Shown here: positions 1 to 14,500 of the stretch, piece after piece
Position numbering within the stretch: the stretch's first letter is position 1
Layout: every line of letters begins with the position of its first letter
Assembly: GCA_013115145.1 (NCBI GenBank)
Contig: JAAPAO010000251.1
Span: 1-46,902, forward strand
Length of the DNA stretch: 46,902 nt
Source of the DNA: Perkinsus chesapeaki ATCC PRA-425
Taxonomy: Eukaryota; Protista; Perkinsozoa
Direction: 5' to 3'
Notes under the pieces: generated by a model
Told to the model about the DNA's origin: nothing
What the model saw: the letters and a program-made list of their open reading frames with translations, nothing else
Database searches by the model: none
Position numbers and translations under genes: made by a program

Positions 1-152
1 ACCTATGCCCCCGGAAAGCCCTTTAAACGCTGTTTCAGAATCCATAGCTCTTTTGTATTTACGATCGATATTCAATGAGAAATAAGCAATCAAAGTTGTG
101 CAATAAAACGGCTGACGTGTGCGTACGCGCAATATTAAAAATGCAGAAAAAA

Positions 153-224
153 GTTTACCCCCGGGTTCGAACCTGGGTCACCAGCCTACCAGCCCACCAA
201 CCTAACCAGCTGAGCTATCAGGTC
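153..224 (-). ncRNA. tRNA-like Pol III element or tRNA pseudogene (nominal anticodon GGT)
   Basis: The minus strand reads GACCTGA-TAGCTCAGCTGGTTAG...CT-GGT-AG...TGAC-CCAGG-TTCGAAC-CCGGG-GGTAAAC followed by TTTTTT (A6 at 147-152). A box, B box, C32/U33/A37 and the 72-nt length are canonical. The acceptor, D and anticodon stems do not pair. Confidence 0.65.
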
Positions 225-366
225 ACTGAATATCATGCTTCACTCGAAGTGTGTATGGGTAATACCTGATAGTATTAAGTGTAGTTACGGGCTTTGTTAG
301 CCATTCCCTTACCCTCCCACTGATTTAATTGACAACTAAGACAGTACAGACTACGAGAGAAACATA

Positions 367-1569
367 TTAAGTAGGTACTAGTGCAGCAAAGTGACTAATA
401 TTATCGAAATATATATACAGAGGAATGGTCGCTGGAAAGGCAGCAAAGTCCGACCCGAAGGAGTACATCAAGGTGCCATCGGATACGCCAGCTGTAGTGT
501 CACGTAATATGATCAGCCGGCATCCGATGACTCGCGCCATACTGTCCGCCTCCATCCAACTTGCCCAAGACTTGTCCCGAGACATATACCGAATATATTC
601 GGCATAACTCAAAGTCTCCGGGACCAAACCATGAGAAGTCAACCAAGCTGACTCGCTGAGCTTGAAAGCATCAAACACAGCCGAGTCGACAGGATGACTC
701 CTCATGTCTTGGCAAGTTAGTCGGCGGAGAAGGCTGGGGAGCTGTTCGGGGTTGGCGTCATGGAATGGGTTATGATTAGCACGATTCAATAACCCTACGG
801 CAACTGCATTGAAGAAGCAGTTACCGTCGCCAACCACCGATATCTGAGCGAACCGTAAGTCCTGGTACTCGAAGAGGCCCGGAACAATTCCAGTCTTGTA
901 GGACAAAGTCCTAGGAAGATGGAAATGATCCTCCTCAACGCGTACAGGCCTTACGTCCGCCTCAGACAAACCAGGGAAACCAAGAGGGACATCGGAGAAG
1001 ACATGATGCTTACCAAATTGCACCAGTCTTACACCCATCGTCCATTGGTCTCCAAAAGAGTTGACAATGTCCCTAGCGGCATCATAGTAGGACCGGAAGC
1101 TCCTCGACGGTCTACCGCTAGTTCTATTGCCAACGACCAACTCCCCTTGCTGCTCCTGCACCACACCAAGCTTCGTGTAGGCGATGTGGTTCTTCTTCTC
1201 CAAACGAGTACGACCAGTAGGACGACGCCATTGAACCCTATCCCGCATCACGTACACCTGCTCCAATGTGATGTTAATATCATCAGCATTAGAAGCAGGT
1301 ACGTGCATACGAGAGGCCAGGTAGGCAGTCTTGTACTGGTCGAAGCAGGTAGCAGCAGCCTTCTTCTTCTTGTGCGCATCCTTCGGGACATTACCACCAA
1401 CCAGGACCATCAAGTAAATAGCTAGCAATGCCTGCTGTTGAGTAACAGGCATGCTAGAGACTCCCGAGAGAGAGTTGACGTACCGTGGCGAGCCACTGGC
1501 TAGCCGCTGCCGGACGATCGCCCCATAGCTCATGAACGAAGTTGAGAAAACCTGAGCTGAAGCGGGCAC
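367..1569 (-). CDS. OTU-family cysteine protease / deubiquitinase with an uncharacterised N-terminal region; intronless, 400 aa
   Basis: VVGDGNCFFNAVA (Asp/Cys), WASWMEADSMARVIG (W-x motif) and YFDNISHFAAL (His) match the OTU catalytic motifs. Confidence 0.85.
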   Translation of the reverse strand: MPASAQVFSTSFMSYGAIVRQRLASGSPRYVNSLSGVSSMPVTQQQALLAIYLMVLVGGNVPKDAHKKKKAAATCFDQYKTAYLASRMHVPASNADDINITLEQVYVMRDRVQWRRPTGRTRLEKKNHIAYTKLGVVQEQQGELVVGNRTSGRPSRSFRSYYDAARDIVNSFGDQWTMGVRLVQFGKHHVFSDVPLGFPGLSEADVRPVRVEEDHFHLPRTLSYKTGIVPGLFEYQDLRFAQISVVGDGNCFFNAVAVGLLNRANHNPFHDANPEQLPSLLRRLTCQDMRSHPVDSAVFDAFKLSESAWLTSHGLVPETLSYAEYIRYMSRDKSWASWMEADSMARVIGCRLIILRDTTAGVSDGTLMYSFGSDFAAFPATIPLYIYFDNISHFAALVPT

Positions 1570-1804
1570 ATACTACCATCACGTCTAATTAGTTGTATGC
1601 CGATTGAGCACTCAACGCAATACATACCATGTATTACACGGATGAACTTGTAGTTTTTGGTTGAAAAGTATTGAATGTCAGTGTGCAATTTTAGTGCAGG
1701 ACAGCCCTGCGAGGACCACTAGCTGGTAAAGGATCTGGAATCCACTAGATCCAATCCAGACCCTGGACTAATCATAGAAGCGACCTCAGGAGCCCTGACT
1801 CGGT

Positions 1805-1821
1805 ACTCTGCGCCGCAGAGT
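1805..1821. repeat. 17-bp palindrome ACTCTGCG-C-CGCAGAGT
   Basis: Read directly from the sequence. Confidence 0.9.
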
Positions 1822-1837
1822 CTGCGGCTCAAAGTAT

Positions 1838-1892
1838 AAGCCACGATCAAGCCAAGGGGAAAGCCACGATCAAGCCAAGGGGAAAGCCACGA
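1838..1892. repeat. Direct repeat of the 23-bp unit AAGCCACGATCAAGCCAAGGGGA, 2 full copies plus a 9-bp partial copy
   Basis: Copies at 1838-1860, 1861-1883 and 1884-1892, read directly. Confidence 0.95.
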
Positions 1893-2544
1893 GGGAAGAA
1901 CCTTCGCGTGAGGTTTTCGGAAAATCCGTGTGAAACCATTTTCCACGGGTTTGGATTTTCTACGGGCATTCGACATTCCGGACTCAACTGCATTACGCCA
2001 ACAGTTATTCCGATACTGGCCTGGGATTGTCTTTCGAACTCGATGGATGTGAAGTGCCAGCACTCCAATAGTACCACCTCAAAAGGATTCAGACTTTTCT
2101 TTCTTCGGCCATTCTCGTTTTACTTCAGTGACTGAAGTTCAGTCTACCAGAGGCTTGAGATTCCTGTGGAATGTAATCTCCAAAGGGCAAGCAGCATAGC
2201 ACCCTAAACACAGCATGATATTTAAACTAGCACGTTATTCAGGCTTACTCATGCCCTCCTCTCGTTTTTTGTCGATAAGTTACAAATGGACTCCGGCGCT
2301 GCCAAGTTACTTGGCCCAAGTAGGTCCATACTCCTCTTCAATCGTCCGTAACAACCAATTACTCTTGAAATCCAGAGTAATGCGCAAAATAACGCAACTC
2401 CCGCTGAGTACTAGAGCGTGAAAAGTTTCCAATAAGCTTGCGTTTGATGAATAAAAATGGGGGAAATTATCACCCTTTTGGATGGAGCTCGACTCCAATG
2501 AGGGTTACTAACCTTACTACAAACATTACATCCCAGTTACATAA

Positions 2545-5029
<2,485 letters not shown>

Positions 5030-5222
5030 AATACAAATGTAAAGCTATGTAAAACACTTGATGATGACCAACTACGGGGGCGACCCAGGAACTATAGTAT
5101 CATACCGACAACGTAAGCCGCTGTTAATTACAAAACGGTACAAGAACCATCCAACTCAAGAAGGGTGTTATTATGGTATAATGAAGAAGCGGCATTGTGC
5201 AACTATGTACGACTATTAACGA

Positions 5223-7217
5223 TCATTTACGTTGTCTTTTAATACCCTCTGAGCTAGCACTCTCATCACTCTTTGAAGGACCCCTTTTCTTATCAGAGTA
5301 ATCCAATGTATCCTTAACACCAGGTGCCATTATGTGTATTACAACAGCTGTAAGATTATCATCAGAAAGCCGCTCATAACTTCTCCGTACTATACGCCTT
5401 GCTGCTATTTCTGGTCGGAGAGACGGTTTACCAAATAATGGAGAAATAAGAGATATAACCTATCATTATAAGGTGGTATTAACATCGTTATTAACATAAA
5501 GTATGACTGCTTACTTCTTGATCCGATAATACATCATATATACCATCAGTAGCTAAGACAACTGCCCGATCCTCACTAGGGTTTATATCAAAAACACTAA
5601 TCTCTGCCTGAGCCTGTATAACTGGCTGAGGCCTCTTTAAGGGTAGATCACCGAGTGATCGAGATACAGCCAAACCCCACTGTAAGACCTTTTAAAGATG
5701 ATATTATAAATATACTACTAAAGTACCATTACCTTATTGCCAACTCTAACTGCAGTAGGGGTAAAAACCCTCCATATACCATTAACTTGAGCCAAATTAC
5801 CACCATGTTCGGCTATCCAATGTGCTTCATCATCCCTATTAGGCTTATGATCTTCTGTTAATCTCATAGACATAGAACCATCCTGTTTACCCAATACCCC
5901 ACGAGAATCTCCTACATGGGCTGTTAGTAGCTTAATACGATGATAGGAATCAGCCCAAAATAAGCTAATAATTGCAGTTGTACCTATTGAATACATAACA
6001 ACATTTCCCATTGCATTACCTTACCATCTGGCATCTCATGATTAGCAGCTAACTGTAAGAAGTCATCATCAGTAAGAATAAAGGCTTCTCTAACACTCTG
6101 CTTTAATCGTGATACAAAAGCTTGCTCGGTTGGTTTTGCCCGTAGACATTGTGTTATAGTCTTACCCAAATGATCGACCTAAAGCCACTATCCTATAGCC
6201 ACCATAAATGACCATAATGGCCACTATATTACCACATAATCTGCACATGCTCCTCCACTATGACCATCGTATACTGCTATACCATGTACATATGGGTCAC
6301 CATCTGGTGTTTGAATTTTCATATCCAAAACGAACCTTTCAACATTGCCATTCAAATGCCCAATACCCTCATCCCCCTTGTTTTATTAATACCTATCCTC
6401 TTGTGTTGGTTTATTCCCTTTCCAAGTCTCTGCTCCTATCCATAAACTAACTCCACCATCACTTAATGACACAGGTTCCATCGTTAGTGTAGGACGTGTA
6501 TCAATCTCCTTAGGTACTGATTGAAGTTGTTCAGCACGATTATGTGAATCCCCAGCTTGATCAATATGAGTAGTAGTAGGAGCTCTACGACGTTCTTCCC
6601 ATTTCTCATGCAATACACCTACATACCACCATCTCTCCATAGTATCATAATAACCTCCTCATTACCTAATTCCATCTCAGCCTGTTTAATACTTAACTCA
6701 ATCTGTTGTCGTTTATACTGCTTCTTAGCACCATTATCCAATTCCTCCGTATTTCCTTCTCCTTCCCAATTAGGGCTCTCACGTTCACTCATAACATCTA
6801 ATTCTCTACGTAAGGATTGTAGTTGTTGTCTTAACTCCAATCGTCGTGATAATGTACTCTGTTCCAGCTTCTAGAAGTACGAAGCAGGATTAGGTTAAGT
6901 TTGATTATAAGTAAACCAAGTAAACCATAATATAAAGGCTTATGGTAGCTTTACCTCGAGGTTGCTCCTATGTAGATCGGAGAGCCTCTCATGCTTATTA
7001 AGTTGCTCCAGTCCTGGGAACCTCCTTCTACATAAGTAACAAATAAACCGCACAGGCTTTTTATTCCCTATCACAATAATACATCCAATTACCGTGTATA
7101 TTGTTATGCTATATTACTACCTGATGTTGTAGAACTGGAACCTCCCACCACTTGCTGATTACGAGATGATGAAGCCTCTGAAGAGGCTGGATGAGGAGGA
7201 GAGGGAGATGGTGACAT
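5223..7217 (-). CDS. PP2C/PPM protein phosphatase with an N-terminal coiled-coil extension; multi-exon, start uncertain
   Basis: Motifs KGNKPTQEDR, AVYDGHSGG, AHVGDSRGVL, DHKPNRDDE, AVSRSLGD, LATDGIYDV and SDDNLTAVV. Confidence 0.92.
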
Positions 7218-7496
7218 TAGTATAACAGAGAAACTGTTAATACTCCAGTATCAGGTGATGACAGTATTATATTCTGACAGTATATTTTAACTAATCAATG
7301 TATAGATAAGCAGCAGTGAGAAGCTTATATACCTGTTACCATTACCTCATGCCTATACCCGATGAATGAATTTGATAACTATTAACACAAAGTTCAGAAC
7401 ATGTGTCACATAAAAAATCTTGCTAAGATATGCTGACACTCATTAACGGAAACTACACTTCATCTTGGTTGTTGTAGTTGTTGGTGTTATCCATCC

Positions 7497-8576
7497 CTAC
7501 TCGGGTGATGTTGACTCATCAGTGGCATTGGGGGTCTTAGATACACGCTTCCTGAGGTTATATCTACTAGACCCTCCTCTAGGGATATCCTCCTTCATAG
7601 GGGTATTGCTATCATCAGTATCTAGTATAGATGTATCATAGGTTAATCTAAGATAAGGTAACCAACCACCACAATACTCTAGCTTAGCCCCTTTACGAGG
7701 CACATTGATTGTATGACGTATAGATGCAACCATAACACCATATAAATATATACCACCTTGCTCTAAGGAATGGATAATAACGTGGAAAAGTGGGAAATTG
7801 CCAAAGTAATTATCTTGGCAATATTGTCCATAGAGGATTTCAATAACACTAACCCCCATAGCAAGTACTAATAACGATCCAGCAAACAACAGTGGACCAT
7901 ACGTGGACTTCTCCTTATCAACACAAGTATAACGCATCCAAGCAGCACCTAATGTAGCAGCAATAACAGCTGGTACTTGAATAACCAATAGGGCTGGTAT
8001 ACCACCTCTATGACCAAACCATGCTGGTACAGTACGAACACATTGTACTATAAAAAGCCATGCAATAATAGTTAATATAGCACGTATAGGGGTTGATTTT
8101 AATGGACCACCAGCCATCCAGGAATACATGAAGAATGTATAAAGTGAATTAGTTAGAACAGATGTTAAGGTTACAGCATTAAGTGGAGGGTATAATGTCA
8201 TATGAGAGAAGAATGCACAAGTATACATCCATACATCCATTAAACATAATATTAAAACTACTTTATCATATTTATAACGTATAGCTTGATAAAGTAATGT
8301 TATACCAGCTAATGGTATAGCACTTATTACTGAATAAAACTCTGCTACCCATGGTAATATCTTATAGTTAGGCTCTGGATGATCCCATAAACCATCTTCA
8401 TAACCCCAAAATATATCACTATTATTCCGAGGCCAATTACGTGTAATATAACCAACACCACCTATTAATACTATATTATAGAACCCTATGATAAATGTTA
8501 ATACACCAATAAACTCCATACCACTCATCTTGCTAGTGCTACGAAGAAAACCCAATGCTACGTCATTGCCAGTCAT
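7497..8576 (-). CDS. Alkaline ceramidase-like CREST superfamily membrane protein (divergent); single ORF
   Basis: WDHPEPNY...VAEFYSVIS resembles the ceramidase DWCEPNY...AEFxNT motif. FFSHMTL and FHVIIH supply the three His. Multiple TM segments. Confidence 0.8.
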   Translation of the reverse strand: MTGNDVALGFLRSTSKMSGMEFIGVLTFIIGFYNIVLIGGVGYITRNWPRNNSDIFWGYEDGLWDHPEPNYKILPWVAEFYSVISAIPLAGITLLYQAIRYKYDKVVLILCLMDVWMYTCAFFSHMTLYPPLNAVTLTSVLTNSLYTFFMYSWMAGGPLKSTPIRAILTIIAWLFIVQCVRTVPAWFGHRGGIPALLVIQVPAVIAATLGAAWMRYTCVDKEKSTYGPLLFAGSLLVLAMGVSVIEILYGQYCQDNYFGNFPLFHVIIHSLEQGGIYLYGVMVASIRHTINVPRKGAKLEYCGGWLPYLRLTYDTSILDTDDSNTPMKEDIPRGGSSRYNLRKRVSKTPNATDESTSPE

Positions 8577-8986
8577 TTGATGGTAGTCAAGTAGGTGATG
8601 ATAAGTAGTGATGCCACAATACTGAAACTGAAAGTAGAAGAAACAGATAGTGAAGAAGATGATAATGATGGTGTGACACTGTACATTATATCTACTAACT
8701 CAACTTATCATTAAGTTTAACATTATCAAATGGCATTTTTTTATACACCGCCGTCTTCCATTGAAATGAAATCAACTATGATAGCAATCAGACGAAGCGG
8801 TGGTGGTGGCGATTATACCAATGCAATGATTACATCTTATTCACCTTTTATTCATGTTAAAAACGGTATTAATAGGTGCCTAGTAGTACTACTACAACAT
8901 ACCCGATAAATTATCCAATACATGTTGCTACTGATGCATTGTTGATGTTGTTGCTTGTGGTGGTGGTAGTGGTGGTTGTGGTTGCT

Positions 8987-11392
8987 TTAGTCAATCTTAA
9001 TTCTCGAGTATATATACCATACAAAGTAGTAAGTGGTTATGAAAGCAGCAGTACCAAGCATTAAGAATATAGCATAGGCAACAATAAGGGAATATAAAAA
9101 GTAGAATGATAACTGCAATAGACCTGTCATATTAGTCTGTAAAAAATAATAGAAGCAGTATACATAAAAGAAGCCACTAACTGCACCTCCTGATATAAAT
9201 GATCTCCACCACCATCTATGATCCTCAGCATTAAGATGGAAATACGTATATAGTACTGTTACTGCTGCAGCTACTAAGAATACTAGTAGACAAGCTAATA
9301 GCAATATACCATATAGCGTATATATCTTAGGTCCCCATATTGAGCTAAATATATAATGTAGTTCGATATATATAGCTGAAAATGGTAGAAAACCAGCAGC
9401 AATAATTTGACATGTAAAACTCTGATACCATGTACATGATGGTATTTCTCTAGCTAGTTTATTAGTCTTGCATGGGAATAAGTTACCACCAGCTTCAGCT
9501 TTCTCTTTTATTGATTTATGTCTACCAACTATTCCACCAATTACTGTTAATGGAAAGGTAACACATGCCCACATAGCTATTATTAATAATATGGTTGCAA
9601 AGGGCCACGCTGCAGTAGAGTTATATCTAATAATAATAACAACAACCAAATTAGTGTATCATCGTAAAGAGTATATAATACTTACGCAATAGCAACAGTA
9701 TTAAGTATCATCCATATACCAAAGGCAGGTCCCATAAAGAATATAGCTGTAACAAATATATTCCATGCCCACTTCTCCCCTCCTAATGAGTTATACAGTC
9801 TAGCTGATACATAACCACCTGATAATAACAATAAGTGTATTAATATATTATTACCCGGTACTTAATTCTCTCCTCCCTATTACCCGATGCAGCTGTTATC
9901 AAGTAACATATAATTCCAGCTGTCATAACTGCTCCACGTTTATAGTAAAGTCCAACACATCCAACTAATACTACTAATATTGAAGCCAATAGGAGTTGAG
10001 TCTAAAGCAATATAAGTGAATGTGAGTATTGTTGTTGTTATTATTATTACACCAGCACCAACTGCTGCTGATAGGAACAACCTATGTACTGGTGGTCTAA
10101 ATACATCGGCATAAACCAATTTCCATCCTGTCTCCTCTTCAACTGATGCTAGCTCTTCATCTGGTATTGATAAATATCGTGATAGATCAGATCGTACAAC
10201 CTATTAAGGTACCACAGAATATTAGTATTACCAATAGTAATAAAGGGCCATACTTACTCTAATAAGGACAAGCAGAAGAAGTGATAGTATAAGCATAATA
10301 AGGACAAAGGAGTTTATTATAGCTAATACGTGAATATCGATAGGTTGACCAGCACCAGATAATAGCGCTCCCTTCAACTGCTTCTCCAAGGCTTCTGATT
10401 TTGTAATAGATGATTCAACCTGAAATAAGATAGTTATAACAAGGTCCCACTACTACCCGAGGTAATCAATACACTTACCCATTTAACAGAATAATAGAAT
10501 GGAATATCCTGCTGTTTACCATTACTACCACCTGTTATCTCAATTAGATGATCTAAACTGAGATCAGCCGTAACATTCACTGATACCACATCAGCATTAT
10601 TGTAACCGATAGAAAATTCAAGATAATTAAGTAAAAAGTATCTAAGAATATGTTAGCCATAATACCATTATACGCCAATAACACCATGGTGTTTGGTACC
10701 AAACACTGTTAGTATCACCTCGGTTTATCACTAGTATCTTGCCCATTGTCATCAGCTGATATTGCACCGAATGGCCTTACCACTGGTAATCCATCAACCT
10801 GAATATTACATTACTTGTTCATGTTTAGACTAGGTTTAATAACTTACAAACATTTCAAACATATAGCTATCCTCAATAGCTGATTTAAATATCTCTAAAT
10901 CATCTTCATTATATGTCTTCTTACATACCACTGTTTTAGGTATATCCTTTTTATATTGAATATCATATATAGAGTTAACCAATCTATCACCTCTAAGCAC
11001 CTAAAACAACAATATCATCATCAAGAAGGGGGAGGAGGAAGTGATGGTGGTGGTGATGGTAAAGCGCCGGCCATGACTTCCTCTTACCTGACCAAACGCC
11101 ATCCATTCAGGCATGATAACATCTGGCTGGCAGAATGGAAAATCATAATATCGATATGTCTCAGTAGGATTAGAGAATGGCCATACTTTATTCATACCTT
11201 ACACCAAAACATTAACAAGTGAATAATAATTAAATACCTACTCACTGGGATACTTCTCTTACGTATTGCCATCATAGCTGGCTTCTCCTCCTCCTGGGCG
11301 GCGGCAGCAACCTTGTGGGTTATATGCCCAAGTAAATTAAGAGCCACTATCAATAGTAGTATAGGTCCTTCAGATTTGACCAGAAGTACCAT
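8987..11392 (-). CDS. Transmembrane 9 superfamily protein (EMP70/TM9SF), multi-exon
   Basis: Signal peptide, NKVWPFSNPTETYRYYDFPFC, GWKLVYADVFRPP, GFLPFSAIYIELHYIF, EDHRWWWRSF and terminal YSRIKID. Confidence 0.95.
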
Positions 11393-11569
11393 TAGTATTA
11401 CGAACGTAAAGGTTGCTGATGAATATAGTATGTTAACATTATAACACAACAGCAGTATAGCTATTACACTATGAGGATTTGGGTATTATTTAACCACTGT
11501 GACACCCATTATATTTGGGTAACAGTAATTGTTATTATTAGAAACTAATAGTACTCTTCTATTATTACC

Positions 11570-14500
11570 TTATCGGAATATGTATTTAATAGTAGGTAAA
11601 GTAGTATCTACTTGATCATCTAGATCACATGCTGATACCTCCAATACCAGATAGTTCCTAATAATAATAATTTAACTAAGGGAGTGATAATAATAATGAT
11701 AGACTTATACCTTGATACTGGAATCTTCTGTTTAGTGATCTGTTCGTATAACTGTGGCATCTTCTCATCCAATCGTTTCTTATGTGCTGGTAAGAATGCA
11801 TTATAAAGGCAGGCATTACCAGATGATAGTATCATGACCTGATACACATTATAGCATATATCCTATTATAATATACCCTATTACTACTACTACCTCTACA
11901 TTCTGTTCCTTAGCTAACCAGTCTACTAGTTCCCTCAAAGTTCCTTCAGGCCCGTGATTAATGACCAACTTCATCCATGGTGTAAAACCTTCAGGTTTGG
12001 CTCTTACTGGTCCCATAGCAATAGGATCATAATCCTTAGATACAGTTTTAACCTAATGATAATAATAACACCTAATAAATACAATTGATAATATATAATG
12101 TATATTACTGGTGGAAGTGGTTCACTAAGAATCCATGTAGGCAATGCTAGATTGACAAAGGAATTCTTATATTTCTCTATATCATATCTGAAAAGCATAG
12201 GATGGAAGCTGATGAGAAATAATATTACTACTTTCCTTCATCCATTAACACTTTCAATAGTTCACAGGATACCATACCAGTAACCATAGCTGTAGTAGTA
12301 GCAATAGCTGGTATGATCTTACCAGCAATCATTTTAACCTAATAACATCATACATATGAATGCTCGGATGATGTACTATAACACTTGATACCTTATTTCT
12401 ATCAGCTTCCTTTATCTTATAATTCCTAGCACGAAGGTTAGCCGAGGCAGCTATAAAGTCAATATGGAAGTTAGTATCATCATCCTTTTCAAACTCGGCT
12501 GGTGTTATGCGTTTTTGAAGATCTTCTCTTAGCTTAGGATCAATAGTTCTCATTTGGTTAGCTAATGCCTATAACAAAAGCTAACAACACCACCCATCTT
12601 ACGTCGGTATTACCTCAACTGCCTCCTCATCATCCATACATGGAGCACTCTCATCAGTACTAGTATCATCATCACTAACCTTAATCTTCATATTACGTGG
12701 CATAAATGGTTCAATATTGCATTTCTTAGACATATCTCTAACTTGTTCCTTATCTTTATTAACTGGTATACCAAGTACAGTTGCATATAGATTAGCACAG
12801 GCATATACAAATGATAAATGTAATTCATCATTAGGATCATAATGTATAACCTGTGGGGGCCTTTTAGGACCAGACCAGAATAGGTTACCATCACTATTCT
12901 TATGATCAAGTGGGAAGTTATAAAGTAATTGAGCAATAGCATGATCATATCTATCATCAACAGATCACCAAGTCTACCCTATTTAGTGTATATTATTACT
13001 TATCAGTAAACTCATCAACAGCTAGATTAACACAATGTTGCATAGTAAGATCTTTACTGAGGAACTTCTTAACAGATTCCAACTTATCCTTCTGTACACT
13101 AGTTGCACCCTCCTCTAACACTTTATCAACATATGCTGTAGGATCCTACAGCCATCATTAACCATCTATTATAGCAGTATAACTGCCGTATTTATCTATT
13201 ACCTTTAAGTATGTAAGTACTTCCTGTGGTGCCTCAGTAAATAAACCTTGAAATTGATCTCTTGCCCATTCAATAGTATGTTCTATAGCATAAGGGAAGT
13301 GCTTTAATGTACCTAGGTAATAAAAGAGATATGGATATATGAATAATACAGCCCTTATCCTAAGTATTACATAATGGTATACTATCCTCTGGTGGATCCT
13401 GACTATCACCATAGCTTTGTGTTACATTAGGTAATACAACTTGAACATTAGCCTTAGTACCCAATGTACCAGATTCCATAAGTGGTTTCTCATACCATAC
13501 ACAACGGCTATCAACATATAACCTAATAACAATAATAGGTATAATAACGTATAATAACAGGCATTAATACCTTGCAGCAATATTATCTAAGGCATTAACC
13601 ATACATGATTGTGATTCCCAGAAGTTATCATCTAATATATCTTCAGTCTCAGGTCCAACACGTACCTCTATTGCTTTAACCTAGTATATGAAGGATACTG
13701 CTTTAATAATAAGGTAGTATATAACCTTACATTAAGTGCTGGATTCATCTCCTTAGCAGCCTTAGCAGCTGTAATGGACTTCTGTTTACCTACATGTTGC
13801 TTCCTAAATATAACAAGTAACTATTAATTAGTATAATGTATTTACCTGAATAGGAATTGACGATTAAGATTGGATATTTCAATCCTATCATTATCCGTAA
13901 CAGTAACCTTTCCTTCAGGACCACAGCCAACACCCATACTACTAAATGCTTTAAGGAATTCACAACCAAGTGCACCTAATAACAGATATAAAATACAACA
14001 CAATACACGCTACTGCTGTCTCTGATTATTATCCTACTACCTGCACCAACTAAGAATATCTTTGAATTTAAAACTTTATCAAAGTTCTTCTTTCCCATAA
14101 TACTAACATAATCCTCATATCTTGTAGCATCGGTGAAGTTAGCCATATCTGAACATTAGTAATACTAACGTCTCGAGAGCGAGTACAGCACTACTTACCT
14201 TTACTATTGAGGATATCATCATTAACAAGCTCAAACATATCCCAATAAAGTGATTGATGTAATGGTGTAAATTTACCAGTATACTTGACTACTTCCTAAA
14301 TTAGTAGTAAACAATACTACCGTTACTACTAGTTATTATTATTCTACCTGTGCAACAACACCACCAGCAAATGCCGCCATAGGAGATATACAACTCTCAT
14401 AGAAATAAGCAACATGTCGTACAACACTCTCATCAACCTAGTCAAGTAATATACACCATATATACCATATACACTTACCTCATCCACACTAAGTTCATCA

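Noticed and set aside
919-1425. 168-aa plus-strand ORF antisense to the OTU gene
   Set aside because: It has no recognisable motif, and shadow ORFs are expected opposite a GC-balanced coding sequence.
1838-1892. Direct repeats considered as a CRISPR array
   Set aside because: The copies are head-to-tail with no spacers, there are no cas genes, and the context is eukaryotic.
1719-2135. Short overlapping ORFs (114, 76 and 75 aa)
   Set aside because: They run through the repeat cluster on both strands with no protein-like motif and are probably non-coding.
5786-5798. TTTGGCTCAAG on the minus strand, matching the 3-prime end of the dinoflagellate spliced leader
   Set aside because: It lies in the PP2C coding frame (GGNLAQVNG) and is explained by codons.
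8746-8802. Imperfect stem CACCGCCGTC...GACGAAGCGGTG upstream of the ceramidase-like gene
   Set aside because: It is short and bulged and partly driven by the GGT repeat, so it is insufficient to call an RNA structure.
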